Below the pieces are notes generated by a model. The model was not told the DNA's origin and searched no databases. It worked only from the letters and a program-made list of their open reading frames with translations. A stretch of 64,000 bases of DNA, taken from the NCBI GenBank assembly GCA_963707915.1, contig OY970178.1, positions 2,400,001 through 2,464,000 on the forward strand, given 5' to 3'. The translations under genes and the position numbers were made by a program. How positions within the stretch are numbered: position 1 is the stretch's first letter; each line of letters begins with the position of its first letter. This document shows, one piece after another, positions 12,208 to 23,778 of the stretch. Source of the DNA: Candidatus Eiseniibacteriota bacterium (GTDB lineage Bacteria > Eisenbacteria > RBG-16-71-46).

Positions 12208-13433
12208 CGCGACCGGTCCCGGCCGCCGGTCGACGGCGCGCGCCGCGGGGCCGCCGGCACGCGCCTCCCGGCCCAGCGCGCCACCCGACCGACCGCCACC
12301 AGGTAGAGCAGGCCCGCCGCCAGCCAGAGGAGGAGCGAGCGGGCCCAGTCGACGGAAGCCGCCGGCTCGGGCGAGCCGTCGGTGCGGAACACCGGGTTCA
12401 GGTAGAGCGTGTTGCCGGCGCCCGTCACCTGGACGCGGATGTACGCGTCGTCGCCCGCGAACTCGTACGACGCCGCGGCCGTGTCCCTCGCGGCCGCCCT
12501 CACGGCCCCGCCCCGGCCGATGAACTCGATCCGGCGGGCGACGGTGTCCAGCGCCACCGTGACCCTCGTCCCCGCCGTCGTGACGGAGCGGAGCCGGAGG
12601 GACATCGCCCCTCCGCGGCCCGCCACGCCGTAGGTGCGGCCCTCCTGCAGGGCCCGCACGACGTCGTCGGTGCGGAGCGAGCGGGCGTTCACCATCGTCC
12701 AGTAGACCCCGGTCTCGCGGGCGTCGCGGGCATCGTGCGAGTCGTCGTCCCCGAGGATCCACGCCCGGCGTCCCGCGCCGAGCGCGGCGTCCCAGTGGCC
12801 GAAGGACCGCCGGAAGTGGTTCAGCACCTCGACCAGGGTGATCCCGGTCAGCGACCGCATGTCGCCGATGGAGAAGCCGCCGCGGAACGACGGGTGGTTC
12901 AACGCGACCGCGACGCCCGGCCGGGACAGGTGGTCCAGCACGAACTGCTTCTGGTGGACGTTCTGCGGGAGCACGTAGTCCAGCCAGGAGACCGCACGCG
13001 CGCCGATCACCAGGTGATGGGTCTTCATGACGTTGTACCCGTGCTCGTAGACCGGGACGACGCCGGCGCGCTCCGGGCCGGCCCGGCCGAGGGCCTGGTA
13101 GTCGGAGACGCCGATGAGGTCGTAGCCCATGGACCGGTAGGCCGCCTCGACGTCCTCCCGCCGGTCCTTCGCGTTCGTCGCGCCGCCCCACGCGATGGAG
13201 TGGGCGTGGAAGTTCGCCTTGTACCACGTCCCGGTCGCGGCGCGGTACGGGTTGAAGAGGGAGTCGCCGTGGAAGGGCGCCGGGGGCGGGAACCGGTAGA
13301 CCGGGTAGGCCGCCAGCCAGAAGCCGGACACCGTCAGCAGGGCGACCGCCGCTCCCGCGAGGGCGACCCGCGCGAACGAGCGGCGCCCCGCCGGCACGGC
13401 GCGGACGGCCGGGCCGCCGCCGCGCTCAGGCAT
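12204..13433 (-). CDS. PHP-domain metallo-phosphoesterase with N- and C-terminal TM helices
   Basis: NFHAHS, SDY, NHP and DDSH PHP motifs; start and stop overlap neighbours. Confidence 0.75.
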   Translation of the reverse strand: MPERGGGPAVRAVPAGRRSFARVALAGAAVALLTVSGFWLAAYPVYRFPPPAPFHGDSLFNPYRAATGTWYKANFHAHSIAWGGATNAKDRREDVEAAYRSMGYDLIGVSDYQALGRAGPERAGVVPVYEHGYNVMKTHHLVIGARAVSWLDYVLPQNVHQKQFVLDHLSRPGVAVALNHPSFRGGFSIGDMRSLTGITLVEVLNHFRRSFGHWDAALGAGRRAWILGDDDSHDARDARETGVYWTMVNARSLRTDDVVRALQEGRTYGVAGRGGAMSLRLRSVTTAGTRVTVALDTVARRIEFIGRGGAVRAAARDTAAASYEFAGDDAYIRVQVTGAGNTLYLNPVFRTDGSPEPAASVDWARSLLLWLAAGLLYLVAVGRVARWAGRRVPAAPRRAPSTGGRDRSR

Positions 13434-14436
13434 CGAGATGCCGCAGCACGTCGCCCACGCGGATGCCGTCCTCCAGCCCGCACCGTCCGTGCCGGGCGTC
13501 GCAGTGTGCGCTGCAGTACTCCTCCGGGACGTCGAGGTTGACCGCCATCGGGCCCAGCGCGCCCCAGCGCGCCGCGCGGAAGAGCGGGCGCCGGCAGAAG
13601 AGGCCCACGGTCCGGATGCCCAGGCCGCTGGCCAGATGGAGCGGCCCGGTCGACGAGGCCACCAGCGCGTGGCTGGCGGCGATGACGCCGATCAGCCGGC
13701 GCAGGTCCCCCACCTCGGCCGTGACGTCGTGCACCCGCGCGTCCCCCAGGCCGGCGAGCCGGCGGCGGAACCGGTCGCTCATGTCCAGGTCGGTGAGCAG
13801 GACGTGGACGCGTCGCCGCGCGTCCTTCGCCAGGATCGCGACGACCAGTTCCAGGTACCTCTCCTCGCTCCAGTTCGGCGACGTGTTGCGGCACCCGGAA
13901 TGCACCACGACGACGCGGGACCCGTCCGGGATGCCGAGCCGCCCGAAGCACTCCCGGGCCCACGCGCGCTCCGGCGGGCTGACGTAGAGCTCCGGCGTCA
14001 GGTCGTCGGTGGCCACGCCGATGGCGCGCGCGAGCTGCATGCAGTACTGCGCCTCGTGCCGCGGCGGATCGTAGTCGCGGACCACCGTGCGCATGAAGGT
14101 GATCACCTCGTAGAGCTTGTGGCCGACCCCGATCCGGCGCGGGATGCCCGCGAGGAACAGCTGGTACGCGGCGCGCTTCGCCGGCCAGACCATCAGCGCG
14201 TCGGTGAACCGGTGCCGGCGGATCGCCTGCACGGTGCTCCAGAACGTCCCGCGGCCCAGGTCGTCGACGATCAGCGCGTCCAGGTGCGGATTGTGATGGA
14301 GCACCGCCGCGGACCCGCCGTTCGTCAGCGCCCCGAGGAACGCGCCCGGGAAGGTCCGCTTCAGCTCCCGCAGCATGGGGGTGATCATCACCACGTCGCC
14401 GACCCGGTCCGTGCGCACGACCAGGATGCGCCTCAT
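13426..14436 (-). CDS. GT9 heptosyltransferase-like glycosyltransferase
   Basis: RILVVRTDRVGDVVMITP and STGPLHLASGLG motifs. Confidence 0.88.
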   Translation of the reverse strand: MRRILVVRTDRVGDVVMITPMLRELKRTFPGAFLGALTNGGSAAVLHHNPHLDALIVDDLGRGTFWSTVQAIRRHRFTDALMVWPAKRAAYQLFLAGIPRRIGVGHKLYEVITFMRTVVRDYDPPRHEAQYCMQLARAIGVATDDLTPELYVSPPERAWARECFGRLGIPDGSRVVVVHSGCRNTSPNWSEERYLELVVAILAKDARRRVHVLLTDLDMSDRFRRRLAGLGDARVHDVTAEVGDLRRLIGVIAASHALVASSTGPLHLASGLGIRTVGLFCRRPLFRAARWGALGPMAVNLDVPEEYCSAHCDARHGRCGLEDGIRVGDVLRHLDA

Positions 14437-16232
14437 TCGCGCGGGCGCTCCGGTCGCGCGGCCCGCCGACGTTCGATCTCCTGCAGGATGACGGGACCCT
14501 CGGGGTTGGCCGGATCGCGCCGGCGCAACTCCAGCGCCGCGCGCTGCGCCTCGTCCAGGTCGCCGAGACGCAGCGAGACGACGCCGTAGCCCTGCCAGGC
14601 GATGACGACCGCCGGGTCCCGGGCGATGGCGCGCAGGTAGATCCGTTGCGCCGCCCGCGCGTCGCCGCGCATGGTCTCCGCCATCGCCCACTTCACCAGC
14701 ACGCGCGCGCTCGGCTGCGTCTCGGCGGCCCGCGCGAACGCCCGCGCCGATTCCTCCCAGCGTTCGCGGTTGAAGTTCCGCACGCCCACGTAGTCCCAGG
14801 TCTTGCCGCGCTCCTCGGGGCTGCGCGCGGGCGGCCCGTCCATCAGCGCCGCGACGCGGGCGAGCCCGCGGTCCACGTCGGTCTGGTGCGCGAGCCACTG
14901 CACGCTGGGCATCGCCGCCGCGAGCACCACGCCGACGCCGACCCAGGCGAACGCGGGCGCGCGCCGCAGCGTCTCGCCCGCGAGCCACGCCGCCAGCAGC
15001 GCCACGACGATGCCCGCCCCCGAGAGCGTGTCGGTGTCGCGGTACACGCCCTGGCCCGGATGGACGAAGAGCAGCAGGCCGAGGAACGGGACGGCGAGCG
15101 TGACGAGCAACGCGGCCTCGCGCCCGCGCGGGAGGCGGCGGCCCCAGGCCAGCGCGACCAGCAGCAGGACCGGCGCCAGCGGCGCGAGCAGCACCACGAC
15201 GTTGGGCAGGTCCACGGCCCGCGACCCGGCGAACATCGCGGCGAACAGCCCGCCCTGCGCCCGCACCTCGGGCGATGCGAGGTGCATCCCGGGGTCGAAG
15301 CCCGCGAACGTCCCGACGATGCGGCCCAGCGTGAAGAGGAACGCCAGCACCGGCAGGCCCGCCGCCACCCACGTCTCCGGGTCGCGCAGCAGGGCGGGCC
15401 GCGCGTGCAGCGCGAGCGCGAACGCCAGCAGCACCGCCGGGACGAAGCCCACCACCGAGCGGTGCAGGAACGCGCCCAGCGCGAGCGTCACGCCGAGCGC
15501 GAGCAATCCGCGCCGGGAGCCGGTCGCGCTCGGCTCGCACACCGCGCGCAGGCCGAACGTGGCCACCGCCACCGCCACCAGCACCATCTCGCCGTTGAAC
15601 TTGCTGTAGCCGGTGAAGAGGCCGAGGTGGCCGCCGAAGAACACCGCGGCGGCGACGGCCAGCGCGCCGGTGCCGCGCAGCGCCAGCGCGCGCGCGTAGG
15701 CGAGCGCGAGCAGGGCGAGCAGGCCGGCCTCGACCGCGCCCACGGCCCGCGGCAGCCAGTTCACGTCGAGCCGGCCCGCGCCCATGATCAGGGTCGGCAG
15801 GTCCACGTGGAGGAACACGTCGAGGGGCATCGCCTGCGGGAAGATCGCGGCCGCGAGGCCGCCCTCGTCGATGGCGCCCTGGCGCAGCTGGAAATCGCCG
15901 ATGAAGTGCACGCGATCCGGCAGGGCGAACACCAGGAGCGCCCCGGCCGCGGCCGCCGCCAGCGCGGCCACCCAGGAGCCGCGCGCGATCGCCTCGCCGG
16001 CGCGCCGGAACGCCGGTTCCGCGCGGCGCGCGAGCGGCGGCACCAGCGCGAGCGCGGCCAGCGCCCACGGCACCCAGGCCCACCACGGCGGCAGGAAGCG
16101 CTGCAGGTTGAGGCCCCAACCGACCATGCCCGGCACGAAGACCAGGGCCGCGCGGGCCAGCGCCAGCAGGGCCAGGGTCGCCCAGAGCGCCAGCGCCGCG
16201 CGCCGCGGCGCGGGGTCGGGCGCGTGCCCCAT
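14433..16232 (-). CDS. Polytopic membrane protein with C-terminal TPRs (GT-C-like)
   Basis: Many TM helices, luminal FIGD motif, TPR tail; start at ATG 16232 is inferred. Confidence 0.65.
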   Translation of the reverse strand: MGHAPDPAPRRAALALWATLALLALARAALVFVPGMVGWGLNLQRFLPPWWAWVPWALAALALVPPLARRAEPAFRRAGEAIARGSWVAALAAAAAGALLVFALPDRVHFIGDFQLRQGAIDEGGLAAAIFPQAMPLDVFLHVDLPTLIMGAGRLDVNWLPRAVGAVEAGLLALLALAYARALALRGTGALAVAAAVFFGGHLGLFTGYSKFNGEMVLVAVAVATFGLRAVCEPSATGSRRGLLALGVTLALGAFLHRSVVGFVPAVLLAFALALHARPALLRDPETWVAAGLPVLAFLFTLGRIVGTFAGFDPGMHLASPEVRAQGGLFAAMFAGSRAVDLPNVVVLLAPLAPVLLLVALAWGRRLPRGREAALLVTLAVPFLGLLLFVHPGQGVYRDTDTLSGAGIVVALLAAWLAGETLRRAPAFAWVGVGVVLAAAMPSVQWLAHQTDVDRGLARVAALMDGPPARSPEERGKTWDYVGVRNFNRERWEESARAFARAAETQPSARVLVKWAMAETMRGDARAAQRIYLRAIARDPAVVIAWQGYGVVSLRLGDLDEAQRAALELRRRDPANPEGPVILQEIERRRAARPERPRE

Positions 16233-16347
16233 CACGCCGTGCGGGCGCGCGGCGGACGGCCGGGCCTCGCGCGCCTCCGGGCGTCGGGGCGCCGGGCGAG
16301 CGTCCCGGTGCCGCGGCGCGCCGGGCCCGTCCGCCGGGCGCCCCGGC

Positions 16348-18782
16348 CTACGGCGTCTCATCTTCGTCCGTCCAGTAGAGCAGGGCGCCCGGCGCGGGCA
16401 TGCGCGTCGCGTCGCTCCACGCCGCGCCCACGCTCCGCCCGATCCACCGCTGCAGCAGGCCCGGGCCCGGCCGGCGGTACTCCAGCAGGCGGATCCGGGC
16501 GCCCGGCGGGACGCGCGCCCGGCGCCGCGCCTCGGCCACGGCGTCCTCGAGCCCGCCGACCTGGTCCACCAGCCGGCGCTCGAGCGCGTCCTCGCCCATC
16601 CAGACGCGCCCCTGGGCCACCGCGTGGACCTGGTCCCGGGTCATGCCGCGCCCGGCGGCGACCCGCTCGACGAAGCGTTCGTAGAAGCGCAGCGTGGCCG
16701 AGTCGGCGACCGCCTGGTCCGCGGCGGTCCAGTCGCGGCTGGTGGACCAGCCGTGCATCCACGCCCCGCGCTCGAAGTCGTCCTGCCGCACCCCGTGTCT
16801 CGCGTACCACTGTTCGAACGAGGGCTTGAGGCTCACCACGCCGATCGAGCCGGTGCGGGTGAAGCGATCGGCGTAGATCCGGTCCGCGCCGATCGAGACG
16901 TAGTAGCCGCCGCTCCCCGCCACGCTCCCCATCGAGACGATGAACGGCTTCCTCGTCTCCCGCTTGAGCCGCAGCGTGGCGTGATGGATCAGGTCCGAGG
17001 CCAGCGCCGAGCCGCCCGGGCTCTCGACGCGCAGCACCACCGCCTTCACGCCGGGATGCGCGAAGGCGCGCTCGAGTTGGGCGATCACGGTCTCCGAGCC
17101 CATCGACGGCCCCAGCAGCAGGTCGCCGCCGCTGCGGCCGGTCTCGATGCCGCCGCTGGCGTAGACCACCGCCACCGGGGCGGGCACGGTCCACTCGCGC
17201 CGCGCCGCGGGCCGGCGGTCGAGCCGCACCTGGCGCGGCTTCTCCCCCAGCCCGCACAGGCGGCCCAGCACGGCCAGCGCGTCCTCGCGATAGCCGGCCG
17301 AGTCGATCAGGCCGGCCTGCTGCAGGTCCTCCGCGCGCCACGGGCGGCCGTCGAGCAGCGTGAGCAGCCGGTCGCGATCCATACCGCGGTCCGCGGCGAG
17401 CGCCGAGACCAGCAGTTCCTGGCTCACGTCGAGCTGGCGCTCGATGGCCTCGCGATCGGCGTCGCTGGTGGAGTCCACGCTGTAGTTGCGGAACGCCGAC
17501 TTGTACCTGCCGTAGGAGGTCCGCTCCACGCGGACGCCCCAGCCGGCGAGCAGGCCGCGGTAGTAGCGCAGCTCGCCGCGCAGTCCGAGCGGGGCCGGCT
17601 CGGCCTCGGGCGCCATCACGATGCGGTCGCAGGCCCCGGCGAGGTAGAGGTCGGCGCGCCCGCCGCCGTATTCCATGAACGCGACCACCGGCTTGCCCGC
17701 CGCGCGCAGCCGGGCCAGCCGCGGCCGCAGCTCCTCGATCTGCGCCATGTTGCCGACGCCGCGCAGGTCGAGGAACACGCCGCGCGTGAGCGGATCGTCG
17801 AGCGCCCGTCGCAACTGGTCGTGCAGCGGCCGCACCGGCGTGAGGTCGCTGCCCCCCAGCAGCGAGAAGCCCGAGAGCGCGTCGTCGCCCAGCCGGCCGG
17901 CGGCGCGCACCACGGCCACGCGACGCTCGGCGCGGCCGGCCAGCACGGTGCGCTCCTCGCCCGAGTGGAGCGAGACGGCGTAGCTGTCGTACCGGCGGCG
18001 GCCGGCCACCGAGGCGCGCTGCGCGGCGACGGCGGCGTTCACCCCGCGCAGCGTCACGCCCAGGTGCAGCCCGCGCCGGTCACCGACCGTGGCGCGCAGC
18101 AGCACGCCGGGCAGCGCCTCCAACTCGCCGCCGAAGCGCACCCGCGCCTGCTCCGGCCGCCCGACCTCGGCCAGGACGACGTCGGAGGTGAGCGTGAGCC
18201 GCGTGCCCCAACCGTGCGCCCGGGCGGGTTCCAGCGCGAACGGGCGCAGGCCGAGCGCGAGCGTGTACTCGCGGGGCAGCGCCCCGCCGGCCACGACCGG
18301 CCGGCCGAGGTGGTCGGCCACGCCACCGAGCGAGAGCCAGGGCACGGGCCGCGAGAGCAGCCCGACGCGCTGGTCGACGACCGCCTCGTGGGTGCGCGGG
18401 TCCACCCGCCACTCGATCGCCTGGCCCCAGCGCAGCGCGTCGCCGCCCGCCGCCAGCGTGAAGCCGTAGCGCTGCGGCCCGTCCGTCACGTGCTCGCCCT
18501 GCAGCGCGAAGCCCCCGAGCCCGACCGCCCAGCGCTGGGTCCGGGCACCGTCCTCGAAGGCGGCCGCGGCGCCGAACAGCTCGACCGGGTGGCGCAGGCC
18601 GAGCCCGGCCGGGTTGACGAACACCGCCGGGGCGCCCTCGGCGTAGGCCGCGCTCTCGTTGCCGGTGAGCAGGAGCGGCTCCACCGGTGCCTGCGCCCCG
18701 GCGGCGGACGGGCCGCCGCACGCGGCCAGCGCCAGCGCCGCGGCCAGGCATCGCAGCGAGCCGGGTCCGGAGCGTCGGGAGG

Positions 18783-18786
<4 letters not shown>
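16348..18786 (-). CDS. sppA: Signal peptide peptidase SppA (S49) with N-terminal beta-rich domain
   Basis: Tandem S49 domains: GRYKSA, LRVESPGGS, SMGSVAGSGGYY, TGSIGV, AQGRVWMG. GTG start overlaps the nth stop. Confidence 0.88.
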
Positions 18787-19703
<917 letters not shown>

Positions 19704-19748
19704 GGTACGGCGAGACTAGCCCGGTCCATTCACGAACCGCAAGGAGAA

Positions 19749-19790
19749 CGGACCGGCGCCCGGGCAGGTCACCGCCCGGGCGCCGGTCCG
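19749..19790. terminator. Strong hairpin downstream of 19810..20631
   Basis: 17-bp perfect stem CGGACCGGCGCCCGGGC / GCCCGGGCGCCGGTCCG with an 8-nt loop. Confidence 0.65.
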
Positions 19791-19809
19791 CTCCCTGCCC
19801 GCTGCGCGC

Positions 19810-20631
19810 TCAGAACCCCCAGCTGATCCCGAAGCGCATGCCGAGCCCGTTCATCTGGACCACGTCGCGCACGGTCGCGGGGCCATACCCGACGATGTCC
19901 ACGTCCACGTCGCTGCCGACCTCGGAACCGTTGTAGAACACCTCGCCGTTGAGGCGCGTCCGGCCGTCGAGCGGGAGCCCGACGCCGCCCCAGGCCTGCC
20001 AGCCCATGCCCCCGAAGGTCTGGCTGAACGACTCGCGGGTCACGTAGTCGTCGGCCGAGATGAAGAGCCATTCGTAGCCGATCCCGAACCCGCCGTACGG
20101 GATGACCGGCATGTTCTCGTCGCCGCTGACCTGGACGAACGCCAGGATCGGCATCAGGTCAGCGCTGGCCTTGGACAGGATGAGCTGCTCGTGGCCGGTG
20201 CCGCTCGGCAGGGAGAACTCGCCGAGGTTCAGGGTCGACTTCTCGGAGCGGTGCCACCAGTCCACGGCCACGCCGAGCTGCACGTGGGGGTCCACCTGCG
20301 GGCCCATGCGGAACCCGCCCACCAGGCCGCTGGAGAAGTTGTCGCTCGGATCGAAGAAGCCGACGTGCACCTGCGTCGTGGTCGGCATCACCGAGGCGCG
20401 CGAGCGGTAGGCGCGCGGGCGATAGCCGACCCCGCCGACGAACGGGCTCGAGAGCGCGAGCGTCGGCGGCGTGCCGGCCGGCGCCGCGACGACGGTGGCG
20501 GGCGTGACGCTCACCAGCGGCATCGCGAAGGAGGAAGTCTCGAGGAGGCTTCCGGAAGCGCCGGGGCTCGCCGCGGCGGTGACCGGGAGCAGCGTGGCCA
20601 CCAGTGCTGCCTTCCACAGGTAGGTGCGCAT
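19810..20631 (-). CDS. Outer-membrane beta-barrel protein
   Basis: Signal peptide, amphipathic strands (PYGGFGIGY) and C-terminal aromatic end GISWGF. Confidence 0.8.
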   Translation of the reverse strand: MRTYLWKAALVATLLPVTAAASPGASGSLLETSSFAMPLVSVTPATVVAAPAGTPPTLALSSPFVGGVGYRPRAYRSRASVMPTTTQVHVGFFDPSDNFSSGLVGGFRMGPQVDPHVQLGVAVDWWHRSEKSTLNLGEFSLPSGTGHEQLILSKASADLMPILAFVQVSGDENMPVIPYGGFGIGYEWLFISADDYVTRESFSQTFGGMGWQAWGGVGLPLDGRTRLNGEVFYNGSEVGSDVDVDIVGYGPATVRDVVQMNGLGMRFGISWGF

Positions 20632-20688
20632 GTCGGATACCCTCCGTGCTGGTTGAGGCTCGGGCCGGGGATGACTCCGTGGCTTTCT

Positions 20689-20704
20689 CGCACGACCCGT
20701 GCCG
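20689..20704 (-). promoter_or_regulatory. Putative sigma54 promoter
   Basis: CGGCACGGGTCGTGCG (GG-N10-GC), ~57 nt upstream of ATG 20631. Confidence 0.5.
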
Positions 20705-20849
20705 GACCGTCCCTTGCATCCTGCCCCCCCAGAATAGCCCTTTCCGGCGCAAAGGCACGCACGGAGGCCGGCCCTGGAGCCGGCCTCCGTGGCGGGCCGG
20801 TCGCGCGGTGTTGCGGCCCCGCCGCACCACGGGTAGCTTCGGAGGCCGC

Positions 20850-21710
20850 ATGCCCACCCCGTCCGCCGTCCTGACCGTGATCGCGCTGGCCGCCGCCGTC
20901 GCCGCCGGCCCCGCGCCCGTCTCCCCCGCCCGCTCCCCCGGCCCCACGCTCGCGGCCGAGGACACCATGTACACCGAGGTGCCGCCCGTGCTGGTGAGCG
21001 CGCCGCGGGTCACGCTCGACGAGATCCTCGGGCGCGTGGCTCGCGGCGAGCGCCGCCGCGACTCGCTCATGACCGATCAGAGCGTGCTCGTCACTTCGCG
21101 ACTGGTGCGCAACGCCGACTCGAAGCGGCCGGCCGAGCTGCTGGTCGAGACGGTCCTGCGCGTCTACAAGAAGAAGCCCGACCGGGTGCGCACCCAGGTG
21201 CTCCGCGACTACCGGGCCCGCGACGAGAAGAAGAAGCGCGCCGGGGTGCAGGTGAACCTGCGCGCGCGCGCCGGGATGGACGAGGAGGTCGTGAACTTCG
21301 CCTTCCGTCCCGAGGCCCGGCGCCAGTACCGGTACCGCATCCTCGGGCGCGAACTGGTCGGCGGGCACCTGGTCTACCGCATCGCCTTCGAGCCCCGCTC
21401 GCTGCTCGACGCCTCGGAGCCGCGGGGCGTCGTCTGGGTCGACACCAACGACTTCGTCATCGTGCACCAGGAGCTGAGCTTCGACCGCTCGCCGGCCGCA
21501 CCCCTCATCAAGAACGTGAACCGCGTCGTGATCGAGCGGCAGAACGTGGACGGCTGCTGGGTGCTGAAGCGCGTGCTGCTGCGCGCGGAGGCCACGATCC
21601 CGCTGCCCCAGGTGGGCAGGAGCTTCGACTTCTCCCTGCGCTTCGACGACTACGCCATCAACCGGGGCCTGCCCGATTCGCTCTTCAGCGGACCCGCGGA
21701 GGTAGAGTGA
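20850..21710 (+). CDS. Exported protein, LolA/DUF5686-N-like beta fold
   Basis: GGAGG RBS, signal peptide, YRIAFEP...GVVWVDTNDF...FDDYAINRGLPDSLF pattern. Confidence 0.65.
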   Translation: MPTPSAVLTVIALAAAVAAGPAPVSPARSPGPTLAAEDTMYTEVPPVLVSAPRVTLDEILGRVARGERRRDSLMTDQSVLVTSRLVRNADSKRPAELLVETVLRVYKKKPDRVRTQVLRDYRARDEKKKRAGVQVNLRARAGMDEEVVNFAFRPEARRQYRYRILGRELVGGHLVYRIAFEPRSLLDASEPRGVVWVDTNDFVIVHQELSFDRSPAAPLIKNVNRVVIERQNVDGCWVLKRVLLRAEATIPLPQVGRSFDFSLRFDDYAINRGLPDSLFSGPAEVE

Positions 21711-23047
21711 TGGGAACCCGCCGCTTGCTCGCCATCGCCCTCGCGGCAGCGCTCGTCGCCACGCCGCGGCCCGCCGACGCGCAGGCGCCCGCCGCGCCCG
21801 ACACCAGCCTGGGCGGCTTCATCGAGGCCCTCTCCGACTCGGCCGACCGCTACTTCGGCCTCTCCGCCGCGCCGGTGGACACCGCGGGCCTCGACACCGT
21901 GCTGTTCGACAGCGGCACGCGCCCGCCGCGCCGGCTCGAGCTCGGCCTGGTGCCGACCTTCGACTTCAGCCGCGTCGACGGCGCGACGCCGGGCCTGATC
22001 GCCTCCCTCGGCGGCACCGCGCCCGAGCCGGGGCGCAACGGCTGGGGCCGGCTGCGCGGCGGGGTCTCGCGCGCGACCGGCCCGTGGGCCACGCTCGGCG
22101 GCGCCCGCTACACGAACCGTCTCTGGCTCGGCCGCCTGCCCTTCGACCTCGACCTTCGGGGCGGGCGGAAGACCGCGAGCCTCGACCGCGACGAGGACAA
22201 CGTGCTCGGCAAGCTGGGCGCGTTCTTCATGGGCAGCGACTGGGCGCAGTACTTCCGCAGCGAGGGCTTCGAGGGCTCGCTCGCGCACCGGCACGGCTGG
22301 TGGCAGGCGAGCGCGGGCTACCGCGACGCGCTCCAGTCGCCGCTGCTCACGACCACGGACTGGAACCTGCTCGACCGGGAACTCGCGCGTCCCGGGAACC
22401 TGGCCGCGGCGCGTGGCCGGGCGCGCGAGCTGGAGTACGCGGCGTCCGCGCACTGGCCGCGCCTGCCGTTGCGCACCGAGGTCGCCTACCTGACCGCGAG
22501 CCGGCGCCTGGGCGGCGACTTCGAGTACCGGCGGGTGCGCGCGGCCGCCGGCCTCGACGTGTCGCTGGGGCGCGTCGCCTCGCTCGTGCCCCAGGTCGCC
22601 TGGGGCCGCCTCACCGGCGACGAGGTCCCGCAGGCCTCGTTCTACCTCGGCGGCGCCGGCATGCTCCACAGCCTGCCCCGCGACCAGGTCGGCGGCACGG
22701 GCATGGCGATCGCGAAGCTGGACCTGATCGGCGCGCAGGACCTGCTCGCGCTCCTGCACATCCCGCATCCGGCCGCGCTGCCGCTGCAGGGCGAGCTCTT
22801 CGCCGCCAGCGGCGCCATGTGGGGCCGCGACCCCTACAGCGGCACGGTCGTGCCCGGCGGCGACTGGCCCGACCGCCGGGGCTGGCGGAGCGAGGCGGGC
22901 GTGTCGCTGCTCTACGCCTCGGCGCTGTTCCCGGCCGTGCACCTCGCCTACGCCTGGCCCATCGGTCCGTACGGGGGCACGGGACGCTGGTCGGTGTCGT
23001 TCTCGCGGCCGCTCGACCTGCTGCACGCCGAGCCCGAGGAGCCGTAG
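21707..23047 (+). CDS. Outer-membrane beta-barrel protein (Omp85/DUF5686-C-like)
   Basis: Signal peptide, FSRVDG, alternating strands, FYLGGAG; overlaps the upstream stop. Confidence 0.65.
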   Translation: MMGTRRLLAIALAAALVATPRPADAQAPAAPDTSLGGFIEALSDSADRYFGLSAAPVDTAGLDTVLFDSGTRPPRRLELGLVPTFDFSRVDGATPGLIASLGGTAPEPGRNGWGRLRGGVSRATGPWATLGGARYTNRLWLGRLPFDLDLRGGRKTASLDRDEDNVLGKLGAFFMGSDWAQYFRSEGFEGSLAHRHGWWQASAGYRDALQSPLLTTTDWNLLDRELARPGNLAAARGRARELEYAASAHWPRLPLRTEVAYLTASRRLGGDFEYRRVRAAAGLDVSLGRVASLVPQVAWGRLTGDEVPQASFYLGGAGMLHSLPRDQVGGTGMAIAKLDLIGAQDLLALLHIPHPAALPLQGELFAASGAMWGRDPYSGTVVPGGDWPDRRGWRSEAGVSLLYASALFPAVHLAYAWPIGPYGGTGRWSVSFSRPLDLLHAEPEEP

Positions 23048-23189
23048 CAGGAAGCGGTCACGGACTTCCGCGGGCCGGACACGCCCGGCCCCCGGCGGAT
23101 CGCTCCGCGGGGGGCCTGGTCGTTCGGGGTTCGCCCTTCCGCTCACCCCGGCGTCGCGCCGGCCGACGCGCCGAACGCCGACCCCGGTC

Positions 23190-23513
23190 TCAGATCACGC
23201 GGCGGTTGTGGCGCAGCTGCCAGATCCTGGCGTCCTGCCGGTCGAGCGCGCGGTGGATCCTCGCGCGCTCGCGCGGCCCGACGCGGCCGTCCGCCCGGGC
23301 CCGCAGCTCCATCCGGCGCACGTGGCGCTCGCCCATGCGCAGGCGGCACGCCTCGCGCGGCGTGAGCTGGCCGGCACGCACGCCCTCGCGGATGCGAAGT
23401 TCCTGCCGCGCGACGCGGCGCGCGGGGCGGTACGGACCGGGCTGTGCCGCGGCGATCCCGGCGACCGAGACCGTGAGCGCGATCGCCATGATCAGCATCG
23501 TGAAGCGTTTCAT
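23190..23513 (-). CDS. Small secreted Arg-rich helical protein
   Basis: GGAGG RBS, signal peptide, repeats RQELRIREGVRAGQLTPREA / ADGRVGPRERARI. Confidence 0.8.
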   Translation of the reverse strand: MKRFTMLIMAIALTVSVAGIAAAQPGPYRPARRVARQELRIREGVRAGQLTPREACRLRMGERHVRRMELRARADGRVGPRERARIHRALDRQDARIWQLRHNRRVI

Positions 23514-23577
23514 GATGTCCTCCCTGTTCGAGTGGGGCTCGTCCTGCGCGGGGAGCGCGCCGTCTGCCCCGCTGGAG

Positions 23578-23593
23578 AGCAGGGGGCGTGCCG
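23578..23593 (-). promoter_or_regulatory. Putative sigma54 promoter
   Basis: CGGCACGCCCCCTGCT (GG-N10-GC) upstream of ATG 23513. Confidence 0.45.
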
Positions 23594-23778
23594 CCAGGCG
23601 CGTCAGCGGCGAGACCGCGACGGCGCAACCGCTTGGCGGCTTCGCGCGGCCCCGGGCCGGCGTCACGCGCGCGCGCCCTGCCCCCCGCGGGTCAGTCGGC
23701 GCCGGCCGACGTGGCCGGCGCCGTACAGGAGGCCGTGAAGATGTCCGGGTTTCGTGCGCCCGCGGGCGCCGCCGCCGG

